Of a DNA stretch of 64,000 nucleotides, positions 19,339-29,951 are shown one piece after another. Position 1 is the first letter of the stretch, and each line of letters begins with the position of its first letter. The notes beneath the pieces are model-generated. The model was not told the origin of the DNA. It was given only the letters and a program-made list of their open reading frames with translations, and ran no database searches. The stretch spans positions 13,074 through 77,073 of the forward strand of contig CAVTEN010000039.1 of assembly GCA_963733715.1 (NCBI GenBank). Direction: 5' to 3'. Both the position numbers and the translations under genes were made by a program. This DNA is from an uncultured delta proteobacterium (GTDB lineage Bacteria > Desulfobacterota > Binatia > Binatales > Binataceae).

Positions 19339-19954
19339 ATGTCTAATCGCTCCGAGAAAAGCCGGAACAGAGGCGTGATGGCCTATTCATCGTTGGCAAG
19401 ATCAATCTTTCGAGGGAGCAGGCCAAGGACCGTAGCCGCTTCCGAACCGTCATGGCTTCGCGGCAGCCGATTGAGTCGCGGGCAGTCGATGGTTGAATTC
19501 GCACTCGGCGCGACGGTGGCGCTGGCAGTGATGCTGATTGGTATCCAGTTCGCGCTCATCGGACAGTCGGCTTTGGCTGTTAGCCAATCGGCAGAGGCGC
19601 TCGCGCGCTATGCAGCACAGCATCCGGGAGCTCTAGGAGGGGTGACACCTCTTTATAATGGCCAAGTCACAATGCCCCTGCCCGCTGAGGCGGAAAACCT
19701 GTTGCCTTCGTCCATCACCACCCAGAGCACTGCAACCGTCAAGGGCAAACCAGTAACTACCTACGATCTCACGGTGAACGTTGCGACCTATTCTGGGAGC
19801 ACGAACAATACGACCAACACACCTGTACAGTTCGATAAAGTGGTCGTCAGTCTCAGTTACAACGCCGACCAACAGGATCGTATTGCCGAGTACAACCCTC
19901 TTGGGGATTTCTTTCCCAAGCACTCTGACGGCGTCGGAAGCTCAAATGTATTAG
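19339..19954 (+). CDS. TadE-like pseudopilin, frameshifted near 19870
   Basis: 'RGQSMVEFA' prepilin motif; the paralog-like C-terminus 'RIVLPSTTLLGISFPSTLTASEAQMY*' lies in a shifted frame ending at 19954. Confidence 0.8.
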
Positions 19955-20021
19955 GGCTCTCGATCTCGACGGATGCGTCGAGCACTACTGAATGACGCTG
20001 GTTCTATGAAGGGAAGATTCA

Positions 20022-20531
20022 ATGTTTAATCAATCAGAAGTAAAATGGAATACGAGCCCAGGCAGCAATCCTTCGCGATTGCGTGGGCGCAGCATGAGCC
20101 GCGGGCAGTCGATGGTCGAATTCGCGATGGGCGCGACGTTGACCTTGGTTGTAATGGTGGTTGGCGTGCAATTCGCGATGTTAGGACAGGCGGCCTTGGC
20201 GCTCAACCAGGGTGCATCGGCGCTCGCTCGTTATGCCGCGATCAATCCCGGAACGGTTTCTACTGGCCCCGCTAGTAAGCTGCCAACTCCAGCGGAGCAG
20301 TTGTTGTCGCCCACCATCCTCACCAGTGGCGGTGGCGATCTCACGGTAACCGTCAGTTCGTTGAAACCGGACGGTACCGCGGAAGCCAGTACGCCGATCC
20401 AGGGTCAAGATCAGGTGATCATCAATCTCAGTTATGTCACCGCCCAGAAGATCGTACTGCCAACCAGTACTTTGCTCGGATTAACGTTTCCGAGCACTCT
20501 GACCGCATCGAATTCGGCGCTCTATGAATAG
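20022..20531 (+). CDS. TadE-like pseudopilin
   Basis: 'RGQSMVEFAMG' followed by a hydrophobic helix and 'GASALARYAA'. Confidence 0.85.
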   Translation: MFNQSEVKWNTSPGSNPSRLRGRSMSRGQSMVEFAMGATLTLVVMVVGVQFAMLGQAALALNQGASALARYAAINPGTVSTGPASKLPTPAEQLLSPTILTSGGGDLTVTVSSLKPDGTAEASTPIQGQDQVIINLSYVTAQKIVLPTSTLLGLTFPSTLTASNSALYE

Positions 20532-20721
20532 ATCAGGCCTTCGGCGCATGGGGCGACGAGCCTAGCGCCGATTTTCTTCAAGATTCCAACGCATCTCCCC
20601 CGAGACACCATGACTCCCCGTCCGCGATGAGAATCGCGGGCGAGGGGTCATCGGTCATTCCCAGTCGCGCCGGTTGACACCAGCGGCCGGCTTCTTTCGA
20701 GCAGCATCGCGGTACTTTCGC

Positions 20722-20770
20722 CTACAACTGGTAGCAATCTGCGACTGACCCATCTGCTACAGAATGTAGC
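20722..20770. promoter_or_regulatory. two CTACA-N3-TGTAG candidate operators upstream of Tad cassette 2
   Basis: CTACA-ACT-GGTAG (20722-20734) and GCTACA-GAA-TGTAGC (20756-20770). Confidence 0.5.
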
Positions 20771-20958
20771 ATTTCAGATACATTTTTGGGCGATCTTGCG
20801 TCCCGATATCGTCACCTGACGAGCCTGCGAAACTTGAGCGAATGCCAGCATTTACAAGGGTTTCAAGGCAATAGAACGCTCAATTCAGTGTGTTCTTTAC
20901 TCTTGACACGCAATGGCAGGTGTTTTGCTTCCCCCTTGGGTTGGGAGGATTACCCTAT

Positions 20959-21999
20959 ATGATACTGCTTGGCTTGCGAAGAATTAAGCTTGTCCTCGGC
21001 GCGCGGGTTTCCAGAGGCATTCGTCAATGGCCCTCTGGTCAGGCGCTACCATTAATTGCCGGTGTAATCATCTTTCTGATCGGTTCCGTTGCGTTGGGCA
21101 CCGACGTTGCCGTGCACTACTGGAACTGGACGCAGTTGCAGAAAGCCGCCGATGCGGGCGTGCTGGCCGGCGCGAATTGGCTTCCGGACGATCCACAAAA
21201 GGCAATAAACACTGCGGAGGCGTTCGCGGAGTCCAATGGTGTTCTCGCCGCCGAAGTAACGACCCCCACGGTTGCGGCGGACGATCTGTCCATCACGATG
21301 ACGCTGCACCGAACAGTCCCATACTACTTCGCCAGAGTCCTTGGAATGACCAATGCGACGATGCAGGTATCGGCTAAGGCGGCGCCGCAAGGTTCGACGC
21401 AGTGCGTAGGCAGCTCTACCTGTGGTGGACCTCCGCCTGGAGGCGGACCCCAGCTGCCGCCCGCTTCCTGCACTAACACCGGCGATTGCCAGCTCATCCC
21501 GATCGGGCTCGATCACAATACTGTGTACAGCAACGGTGAGGCGATAGCCCTTCAGCAGGGTCAGGTCGGGCCGGGAAACTGGGACTTGTTGGCGCTTGGT
21601 GGCACCGGCGGAAACAATCTTAGGGGCAATATCGCCGACGGTTATAGCGGAATCGTCAGCGTGGGCGACTGGGTAACCACCGAACCGGGCAAGAAGGTCG
21701 GCCCTGTCGATCAAGGCTTTCAGGATCGTCTGAATGCCGCCGCGAGCTCCGACCCAACCGGCACATATTTATCGCACTCACCAACAGATCCTCGCGTGAT
21801 GGTGCTGCCGATCGTCGACTGGGAAGATCAGAACGGGCGGAAATTAGTGCAGGTGGACGCGTTCGCCACGGTATGGCTCGACAGCTACAACGGCGGCGTC
21901 GTCAATGTTCACTTCATCAGCCAGGTCGTCGCGAACAGCTATGGCTCTACGAGCGCTCCGAACTTCGGCGGCCACGGACATCCGATCCTTATCCAGTGA
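20959..21999 (+). CDS. TadG-like pilus assembly protein
   Basis: GGAGG RBS before ATG 20959; 'SGQALPLIAG...DVAVHYWNWTQLQKAADAGVLAGA', 'TVPYYFARVLG', 'GPGNWDLL'. Confidence 0.85.
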   Translation: MILLGLRRIKLVLGARVSRGIRQWPSGQALPLIAGVIIFLIGSVALGTDVAVHYWNWTQLQKAADAGVLAGANWLPDDPQKAINTAEAFAESNGVLAAEVTTPTVAADDLSITMTLHRTVPYYFARVLGMTNATMQVSAKAAPQGSTQCVGSSTCGGPPPGGGPQLPPASCTNTGDCQLIPIGLDHNTVYSNGEAIALQQGQVGPGNWDLLALGGTGGNNLRGNIADGYSGIVSVGDWVTTEPGKKVGPVDQGFQDRLNAAASSDPTGTYLSHSPTDPRVMVLPIVDWEDQNGRKLVQVDAFATVWLDSYNGGVVNVHFISQVVANSYGSTSAPNFGGHGHPILIQ

Positions 22000-22029
22000 G
22001 TTCGCGGGAGCCAGGGGAGACATCAAGAT

Positions 22030-22512
22030 ATGGAAAAGCGAATTAATATTGCGGCGAAAGGACGGTTCGCCATGGTCGATTCGTTCGTGCGCAAGCTGAA
22101 GGGCGGCAGCGGCGCACAATCCATGGTCGAATTCGCCTTTGCCTTGCCGGTTTTGTTGATAGTGCTGCTGGTGGGAATTCAGTTCGCGATTATCGGTGAA
22201 GCGGCTCTGGCCTTGGGCCAGGTCAACTATCAGGGCGCGCGATATGCTGCAGTGAACGGCAACGCCACCCAGGATCTAGTTAACACTTACATGCTGTCGG
22301 TGGCGTCGCCGACCATCAGCGCGAACGGCGGAGCCTATCTGCACACAACTCTGACCGGCGGGCCTCCTTGCACCTTCGGCAGCCCTGTAACCGTCTCCCT
22401 GACATACGATGCCAGTAACCTGCTGGCGCTACCCAATCCGTTCCTGGGCATCCAGTTTCCTACCACTCTGACTAGCAGCGAATCAGCGTTCTGCGAGGGC
22501 AGCACAAACTAA
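22030..22512 (+). CDS. TadE-like pseudopilin
   Basis: 'GAQSMVEFAFALPVLLIVLLVGIQFA...GARYAAV'. Confidence 0.9.
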   Translation: MEKRINIAAKGRFAMVDSFVRKLKGGSGAQSMVEFAFALPVLLIVLLVGIQFAIIGEAALALGQVNYQGARYAAVNGNATQDLVNTYMLSVASPTISANGGAYLHTTLTGGPPCTFGSPVTVSLTYDASNLLALPNPFLGIQFPTTLTSSESAFCEGSTN

Positions 22513-22568
22513 GCGCGGAGAAGCAATTATCTTATCGCCTTTTACAGGCCAGGGGAGTGAAAGAAAAA

Positions 22569-22928
22569 ATGAAATCGATACGCAACATCGCAGCCATGAT
22601 CGTTTTGTTTGGTATCGCCGGCGCCACCAGCGCCCTCGCGAACAACACCGTAGTCGTGACGAATAACACGACCTATACGATGACCCAGTTCTATGCTTCG
22701 CCCTCGGACGCCTCGAGTTGGGACACAACCAATAATTTGTTCGCCGGACAGTCGCTCGCACCCGGGCAATCGGCCACGATCACAGTCAGTGGTAACAATG
22801 GTGATGGTGGCGAAGGCGATGGGTGCTCGTACGATCTGATGGCGGTACTGTATGGCGCGACCCAGGCTGCGTACACCTACTCGGTTAACGCATGCAATGG
22901 CGGTAGCTGGTCAATCTCCGGCAACTAG
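22569..22928 (+). CDS. small secreted beta-rich protein with two cysteines
   Basis: Signal peptide; 'VTNNT..TMTQFYASP..ASSW....L.PGQ...CSYDL...NAC'. Confidence 0.75.
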   Translation: MKSIRNIAAMIVLFGIAGATSALANNTVVVTNNTTYTMTQFYASPSDASSWDTTNNLFAGQSLAPGQSATITVSGNNGDGGEGDGCSYDLMAVLYGATQAAYTYSVNACNGGSWSISGN

Positions 22929-23043
22929 CGTTTCCTGTTACGGCGGGGCAGGTCGAGCGGGCAGTGGACCGCTCTATCGACTCTCCCCGCCGTTCCATGC
23001 GATTGAAAGGACGGCGCGAGATCTTCAGTCTCACGCCGTCATT

Positions 23044-23364
23044 TTATTTCTGGATTGAATGGATTCCCCGCAGCAGAAATCCGGTTCCCTGCGCGAGTTG
23101 CCCTGCGCTTGACGCGACCTCGGCACTGGTTCGCCAGGCAGTGTTGCTCTGGTTGGCCAGATGATCTTCGAGCTGCATTTTCTGCTCGGGTGAGAGTTGG
23201 CTGTACTGGACGCCATCGTAGTAGTTCGGCGCCTGCTGGATCGCCGCGCCCTGCGGATTGAACGCGGTGCATCCCTGGATAATCAGGACCGCCATCAGCA
23301 GGAGCAACGCGAACACCAGCCGCAGCTCAACCGCGTCGCGCACGAACGAATCCTTGCTACTCAT
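23044..23364 (-). CDS. hypothetical lipoprotein
   Basis: AGGAGG RBS; hydrophobic leader with lipobox-like 'IIQGC'. Confidence 0.6.
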   Translation of the reverse strand: MSSKDSFVRDAVELRLVFALLLLMAVLIIQGCTAFNPQGAAIQQAPNYYDGVQYSQLSPEQKMQLEDHLANQSNTAWRTSAEVASSAGQLAQGTGFLLRGIHSIQK

Positions 23365-23590
23365 CTGTATTCCTCCTGGAACGAGTACGAACGCGCGCCG
23401 ATTTGGTTATTAACGGATCGTAAGGCGCGCATCGGAGAAGAGGGGAGCCAGCTTCGTGCCAGACGCGGGAACCTAACCTTTTCAGAATTCAAGAAATCGG
23501 AACTGACACGTTGCGCAAATGCGGCGGGCTCGTCGCCATGATGGTGCGCGTCGCGCGAGATTACGAGCGTTAAGGGAATTCCTTCCAGTG

Positions 23591-23764
23591 CCCTCTCCTT
23601 GTCCGAGGAGAGGGTTAGGGAGAGGTGCAGTGCTCGACGGCAGAGCCATTTTGGCTTTCGGAATCGAGTACTAGTTAGTTGCGACTTCTGGCGCGGCACC
23701 TCTCCCGGCGACACCGCGTTTCACGCGGCTTTCGCCGACCTTTCCTTGGACAAGGAGAGGTTAG
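23591..23764 (+). repeat. REP family B copies (CCCTCTCCT hairpin plus purine tail)
   Basis: CCCTCTCCT-TGTCCG-AGGAGAGGG-TTAGGGAGAGG (23591-23626) and CCTTTCCTT-GGAC-AAGGAGAGG-TTAG (23739-23764); related copy at 17545-17566. Confidence 0.7.
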
Positions 23765-23785
23765 CGAGTCAGGCGAATGCTCCCG

Positions 23786-26186
23786 CTATTTCGCGATTGC
23801 GACTGAATAGTCGCGGCCTTCCCAGGTGCCGGTGTCGCGCCATTTGAAGGTGAAGCGAATCGGCGCTTTGTCGCCTGCGCCGATGTCGATGTCGGCGTAC
23901 TCGAAGCCTATCGGCGTTGAAGTCGACCCCGTGTCGTTGACGTGCTGCCATTCGTCGTTCGACCAATGCAGCATGAACGGCGCGGTAGCCTGAATGCGCA
24001 GGCGGTCGCCGGGTGAAACCGACTGCACGCGGCGGTTGGACTTCCAGACCATCAGGCGGCTCGGCTTTCGCCCGGGCTTCATGTAGCGGTCTCCGACTTC
24101 GTCGATCATGTCGAACACGCGGCCGTCGAAGGCCGAGCGCAGCAGCTTGATATACTCGGCGTGCGCCCACATCAGGGGCGTCGCGCTGCCGGTCTGGCCA
24201 CCGTACTTGAGCAATCGCCGCCGCATGTCGGGCTGATCCCAAATCTGCTCGGGCAGCAACTGCGTCGAATTCGCAAACCGCTCCATCGCTTGCAGGTAAG
24301 GCTTCGGGTCGCGGCCTGCGGCCAGCTCGTAATGCCCGCGCTCTCCCGTCAGCAGCGGCCACGGACGTCCTCGGCCCCATCCGATGAACGGCGCCGCCGT
24401 CGTCGCGCTGCCCGTAGCCGTCGTGAGTGTAGCGGCGCCAGCACGGACCGGCGGGGAAGTCGGTCTTGAGCACGGTGTCGATGACGCGCAGCGAATCCTC
24501 CATCAGCGGATCGCCGGCCTTGCGAATGCCGTAGCGCACCAGCTCGAGAAATCCGCCGTCGACGATTTCTGCGACCGGGAACTTATCCTGCGCGCCGGGC
24601 GGACGATTGCGAATCGGCACGAGCTTGCCCGCGATACGTTCGTCGGCGTCGGGATCGCTTATGTCGATGGGATTGATGCGGACGTAGTGGCGCTTGATGC
24701 CGGGGACGAGGAAGCCGTCGTTGGTGACGGTCCAGTTTTCGATGTTCGCCTCGAGGAAGTCGGCGTACTCCTCGAGGAACTGCGCGGTGGCCAGGTCGCC
24801 TCGGTCGCGGGCGAAGCAGGCTGCGCAAATCAAGCCGGTGATATTGGCGGCCAGCGTCGAGGGCGAGTAGCCGGCGTTCTCCTCCCATCGCTCCTGCGGC
24901 GTGGGCGGGCCGTGGTCGACCAGAAAGTGAGCCGCCCGCAAGACCATCGGATAAGGATCGAAATCCTTGAGCCCGGAGTGCGTGTGCAGCCGCCATGCCA
25001 GCACGATTGGAAACGAGACTTCGTCGAGCTGAATGCCGTTCCAATACGGCGTGCCGTCGATCCAGAAATTCTGCGGAAAGCCGCCGTCCTTACGCTGTGC
25101 GCATGCGAGATAGATGAGAGCGCGCAGCGCGGTGGCGACGTCGCCGGTGGCGGCCAGCCCGCCTACGCTGTTGACCATGTCGCGGGTCCAGACGAGATGG
25201 TAGCCGCCGAGATCTTCGTCGCTCTTGGCCTCGCCCCACGGGATGCTGAGCGATGCGATTAGCGCGCCGGGATAGGACTTGTCTTCGTGGGCGAGCAGCA
25301 GCTCGGCTCCTCGGCGATAGAGAGCGCCGTTGTCGCCTGAGAATTTACCGAGCGGAACGATATGACTGCACGCGCGATGCCATTGCTCGAGGAAGCGGGC
25401 CCGATGCTCCGGGAAAGGCTCGGCCAGCGACTGATACAATGTCGTCACGGCGCGATTGAGCTCGCGGCCGAAGCCGAGGCCAAGCGTGAAGGAGTAGCCC
25501 TTGCTCAAATCGATCTCGGCGGTGAGCGCGATGTTGCCGTCGAGCGCGGTGGCGAACTGATAATCCATTTTGAAGTTGGAGTGGAGGTCCTGCCATCCGT
25601 CGGTATTGCCGACGTATCCGCATGAAGTCCTGAGAAACGGCGTCATGGCTCCCAGAGCCAGCCAGACGCCGTCCTTGTTGGCGGTCAGGAAGTCGTGACC
25701 GACGATTTTGGTCAGGTAGCCATTGTTGCCCCATCCGCCGACGCACAGATGCGGCGCGAGCAGGACGTAGAGGTGCAGTTTTTTCAGCAGCTCCGGGTCG
25801 CCCTCGAGGCGGGCGTTGATGAGCAGAGTGGGCTGATGCGGATCGGTGATGATTTCCTTGAAGATATGATAGCGGCCGTCGGGTGAATGGTTGACGATTC
25901 GAACGCCGAGACCCATGTTGTCGAGGTACTCGGTGACGGAATGGAGATGGCGGCGTTCCTCGTGGAAGAAAGTCTCGCCGTCGGTGATCAGGAACTGGAG
26001 GTCGCGGACCTGCGGCTGATCGATAGTCGGAAAATAAATCTCGTCGAGCACCCCGGCCGAGGCGGTGAACCACAGCCGGCTCGCCGACGAGTATGCGGTG
26101 CAGACTGCGTCCTTGGCGCTGCGGGTCCATCGCGGCGGGATGCCGGGTGCGCCGGTGGCGACGGGAGATGTCACAATTATTGCCAT
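23786..26186 (-). CDS. glucoamylase / glucan 1,4-alpha-glucosidase (GH15 with N-terminal glucodextranase domain), frameshifted near 24392
   Basis: 'GYHLVWTRD', 'QERWEE..GYSPST', 'RRY..DGYG'; the C-terminal 'GRGRPWPLLTGER...PEQIWD...TGSATPLMWAHAEY' is in another frame. Confidence 0.9.
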
Positions 26187-26213
26187 GGGATGTCGGTTCG
26201 CTCCGTTCCGCGC

Positions 26214-27033
26214 TCAGACGATTTCGGGTTGCTGAGGTTTTGGAGTTGTCGCGGTGGATTTTTCCACGGGCTCAATTCGAAACATCCAGGCGACGCCGAC
26301 GCTGAGAGCGTAAAGCAGCAGCAGCGGAATCGCGAGCAGGAACTGCGAGACCATGTCGGGCGGCGTCAGCGCCGCGGAGACGATGAAGATGGCGAGGATC
26401 GCATAGCGCCAGTAGCTCAGCATCATCTTATAGTCGATCATCCCGAGCTTGGTGAAGAAGAACGCGAAAATCGGCATCTCGAACGTCAGCGCGAAAGCGA
26501 GCAGCAGCTTCGAGGAAAAGGCGAGGTACTCGCTGATACGAATCGTCGGCGTGACGCCGATGCTCGCGTACTGACCGAGGAAAAAAGCATAGCCGACCTT
26601 GAAAACCACGGCCCAGCAAAAATATCCGCCGAGTATGAAAAAAATCGTCGCAAAGAAGACGAACGGCTTCGCCATCCTGCGCTCGGTTTCGTACAAGCCC
26701 GGCGCGATGAATTTCCAGATCTCGTAAAATACCGCGGGACTCGCGATGAACAGGCCTGCGATGAGCGCGACTTTGATTTTCGTATAGAACGCCTCGCCGA
26801 CTCCCGTGCCTATCAGCAGCACCTTGCCGCCGGAGACCTCGCGAATCGGCCAGGTCAGCAGGTGGAATAGCGGATCGGCGATCGCGTACGCGATTACGAA
26901 GCCGACGCCCGACCGCGATGAGCGCGCGAATCAGGCGGGTGCGGAGTTCCTGCAGATGCTCGATGAGCGACATCCCGGCCTGCTCGGGCGTCGCCTCGAT
27001 GGGCGCTGGCGGTGTGATATCCTCGCTAGGCAC
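26214..27033 (-). CDS. tatC: twin-arginine translocase subunit TatC, frameshifted near 26909
   Basis: 'MSLIEHLQELRTRLI', 'EAFYTKIK', 'FYEIWKFIAPGLY..E', 'FEMP', 'LTPPD'; an extra G in a GGG run. Confidence 0.93.
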
Positions 27034-27049
27034 AGTGCGGGAAGACCAG

Positions 27050-27328
27050 CTATTTATTCTCGGTCGGCACTGCCGCAGGCGGCTCGGTGGCGTGCGGCTC
27101 GGACTTGGGCGCGCTGGCCGCAGCTGTCGTCGCAGGAGGTATGTTAGCGGGCGGTGCGGAAGCGCGAGGCTCGTCGAGCACGTCGGTCAGTTCGTGGAGG
27201 ACGGTATTGCTAGCCAGGCGCAGCTCGCGCAAAACTTTTCCTACTGTGCGCATAACTTCGGGCAGGCGTTCGGGGCCGACGACAATCAGCGCGATCGCGA
27301 GAATCAAAACTATTTCAAAAAGGTCCAA
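27050..27328 (-). CDS. tatB: twin-arginine translocase subunit TatB (TatA/B family)
   Basis: 'FEIVLILAIALIVVGPERLPEV.R.VGK..RE.R'. Confidence 0.85.
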   Translation of the reverse strand: MDLFEIVLILAIALIVVGPERLPEVMRTVGKVLRELRLASNTVLHELTDVLDEPRASAPPANIPPATTAAASAPKSEPHATEPPAAVPTENK

Positions 27329-27401
27329 ACTTCGATGACCGTACGAGCAATGATGCCCGCTCCATGCCAGTTAATCATCATACCTGATTGCGGTGTCAAC
27401 G

Positions 27402-28436
27402 ATGTATAAAACCGGGGTCGTCGCGGATCGCCGCTACCTGAAACACTTCGCCGGCCGGTCGCATCCGGAGCGTCCTGAGCGCATCGCAGCGATGATCGAG
27501 ATGACCGAGTCGCTCACCCGGCCAGACCTCAAATTCATCTCGCCGCGCGAAGCGACGCAAGCGGAAATCGAGAGCTGTCATACTCCCGAGTACATCGCGA
27601 CGATGGTGCGGACGGCGTCGCTCGATCGGTTCGACTTCGACCCGGATACGCATAGCTCGCGCGATACTTACGAGACCGCGCTGCTTTCAGCCGGCGGAGT
27701 GCTTACCGCAGTCGAGGCGGTGATGGACGGCGCGATAGACAATGGATTTGCTATTGTCCGGCCGCCGGGGCATCACGCACTGCCTAATCGCGCGATGGGA
27801 TTTTGTTTCTTCAACAACGTTGCGATTGCGGCGAAGTGGCTAATCGAATCGCGCGGCCTCAGGCGCGTGATGATCGTCGATTGGGACGTCCATCACGGCA
27901 ACGGCTTGCAGGACATATTTTACGAATCGCCCGAAGTGCTCTACGTATCGACGCATCAGTTCCCGCATTACCCCGGCACCGGATCGCTTCACGAAATCGG
28001 ATACGGCGCGGGCATGGGATTCACCGTGAATTTGCCGATGCCGGCGGAATTCGGCGACGCCGAATATCTGCGCGTTTTCGATCGCTTGATCATGCCGATC
28101 GGCCGCCAGTTCAAACCCGAGTTCATCCTGGTCTCATCGGGCTTTGACGGACACTTTCGCGATCCGCTCGCGCAGATGAGCCTGACGGAGGCGGGATTCG
28201 CGGCGATGGCGCGACGGGTGAAACGGCTGGCCGCGGAATGCTGCGGGGGCAAGATGGTCGCGGCGCTGGAAGGCGGCTACGACCTCGACGCAATCGCGGA
28301 GTCGGGCCGCGCGGTGATCGACGAATTTGGACGCGACGCCGATGAGCCGATTCGCCCGGACGATGGCGGCGATCGCGTGATGCCGATGATCGAGCGTGCG
28401 GCGCAGAACGTCGGCCGCTTCTGGAACCTGGGCTAG
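27402..28436 (+). CDS. histone deacetylase family (AcuC/APAH-like) amidohydrolase
   Basis: 'HPERPER', 'RPPGHHA', 'GFCFFNN', 'DWDVHHGNG', 'LEGGY'. Confidence 0.93.
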   Translation: MYKTGVVADRRYLKHFAGRSHPERPERIAAMIEMTESLTRPDLKFISPREATQAEIESCHTPEYIATMVRTASLDRFDFDPDTHSSRDTYETALLSAGGVLTAVEAVMDGAIDNGFAIVRPPGHHALPNRAMGFCFFNNVAIAAKWLIESRGLRRVMIVDWDVHHGNGLQDIFYESPEVLYVSTHQFPHYPGTGSLHEIGYGAGMGFTVNLPMPAEFGDAEYLRVFDRLIMPIGRQFKPEFILVSSGFDGHFRDPLAQMSLTEAGFAAMARRVKRLAAECCGGKMVAALEGGYDLDAIAESGRAVIDEFGRDADEPIRPDDGGDRVMPMIERAAQNVGRFWNLG

Positions 28437-28444
28437 GGCGATCG

Positions 28445-29878
28445 ATGCCGCCGAAGCAGGGAGCCGCCGACAAATTACCGAGCGAGAGCAAAGGCACGGG
28501 TAGTCGTCTCGTCGCATTAGGCAGTTCCCCTCGGCGCGAATACTCACTCGACAAGCCGGCAATAGCCATTGGCAGTCATCCGTCAAACGATGTGGTGCTC
28601 GAGGACACGACAGTATCGCGCCGTCACGCCACGATTACGCGCAAGGCGAGCGGCTTCGAGCTGGCCGACCTCGGATCGACTAACGGCACCTTCGTCAACG
28701 GCCGCCGGCTGAGCGATCCGATTGCGCTGAAGCCCGGCGACGAGATCAAATTCGGCGCTGTACGTGTGGCGTTCGACCCTCAGTCAGTGCCGGCGCGGTT
28801 GCGACGCGGACTTGTGGTTCTGGCCGTGATGTTCATCGCAGGATTCGCCATCGCGCGCTATCGTAGCGAAATCAGACCCTCCACCTCGGAACCCGTCGCA
28901 GGAACCTCGCCGATCACGTCCGGTTCCGCGCCCTCGGCGGCCAATACTCAGTCCGCATCGGCTGAACCGCGGGCGGTCGAAGGCTCGGCTCCATCGTCGT
29001 CAGCGAATCCCGCGTCCGTCGCCGAGCCCTCATGGTTGAAGCGAGTGAATTACTACCGCGCGATGGTGAAGCTGCCGCCGATCGTTGAAGATCCGGAACT
29101 GAGCAAGGGCGATCGCGCGCATACCACGTATATCGTCAAGAATTATCACGATGCGATCATGAGTAGCGGTCTCGGCGCCGAGATGCATGCGGAGGATCCG
29201 GGGAATCCGAGTTTCACGCCTGAAGGACTCGAAGCCGCCAAGTCCAGCGACATGGATGTGTGGTCGATGCGAGGGGTGTCGAGCGGCACGGACGGATGGG
29301 GCTCGCCGACCTGGTCGATAGACGGATGGATGTCGCTACCGTTCCATCGCATGCCGATACTCAATCCGCGACTGAGCAGCGCCGGCTTCGGACTCTACTG
29401 CGAATCCGAAGCATGCGCGGCGGGACTCAACCTGTTGAAAGGCTCGGAGGGGAAAATGCCGGCGGGCGCGGAAGCGAGCTTGCCGATCGAGTTCCCGCCT
29501 AACGGAGGCGCCGTTGCGATAAGATCGTTCGAGAACGAATGGCCCAATCCACTCACCAGTTGCCCCGGCTACGAGGCGCCCAGCGGACTGGCTATTACAC
29601 TTCAGCTCGGCAACTGGACGGATACGCATCTCAGTGACTACTCAGTCGCGCGGGTGAACGCCGACGGCAGCCGCGCAACAGTGCAAGCATGCGGTATCGA
29701 CTCGACTAGCTACTCGAATCCCGACGCATACTCACAAGACCTCGGACGCAACGTCCTTAAGTCATACGGCACCGTCGTTTTGGTTCCGCGCGCGCCGCTC
29801 GACAAGGGTGCGAAATACGCAGTGTCGATGAATGCGAACGGAAAGCGGTACGACTGGACTTTCACCATAAATCCGTGA
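28445..29878 (+). CDS. FHA domain - transmembrane helix - CAP/SCP domain - C-terminal beta domain protein
   Basis: FHA 'VSRRHA...DLGSTNGTFVNG'; TM 'GLVVLAVMFIAGFAIA'; CAP 'VNYYRA..KLPP...DPEL...AH...MHAE...W.....HR..ILNP'. Confidence 0.8.
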   Translation: MPPKQGAADKLPSESKGTGSRLVALGSSPRREYSLDKPAIAIGSHPSNDVVLEDTTVSRRHATITRKASGFELADLGSTNGTFVNGRRLSDPIALKPGDEIKFGAVRVAFDPQSVPARLRRGLVVLAVMFIAGFAIARYRSEIRPSTSEPVAGTSPITSGSAPSAANTQSASAEPRAVEGSAPSSSANPASVAEPSWLKRVNYYRAMVKLPPIVEDPELSKGDRAHTTYIVKNYHDAIMSSGLGAEMHAEDPGNPSFTPEGLEAAKSSDMDVWSMRGVSSGTDGWGSPTWSIDGWMSLPFHRMPILNPRLSSAGFGLYCESEACAAGLNLLKGSEGKMPAGAEASLPIEFPPNGGAVAIRSFENEWPNPLTSCPGYEAPSGLAITLQLGNWTDTHLSDYSVARVNADGSRATVQACGIDSTSYSNPDAYSQDLGRNVLKSYGTVVLVPRAPLDKGAKYAVSMNANGKRYDWTFTINP

Positions 29879-29951
29879 TTTAGTTGCGCCCGCTGACCGA
29901 TAGTCATCAAATCGATTTGTAGCGGATGATCGACAGGGGGTTACGGTTTCC

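Noticed and set aside
20785-20805. c-di-GMP-I riboswitch fragment (GGGACGCAAG on the minus strand) upstream of TadG
   Set aside because: Wrong strand for the downstream gene, and the GGCAAA and GAAA-tetraloop elements are missing.
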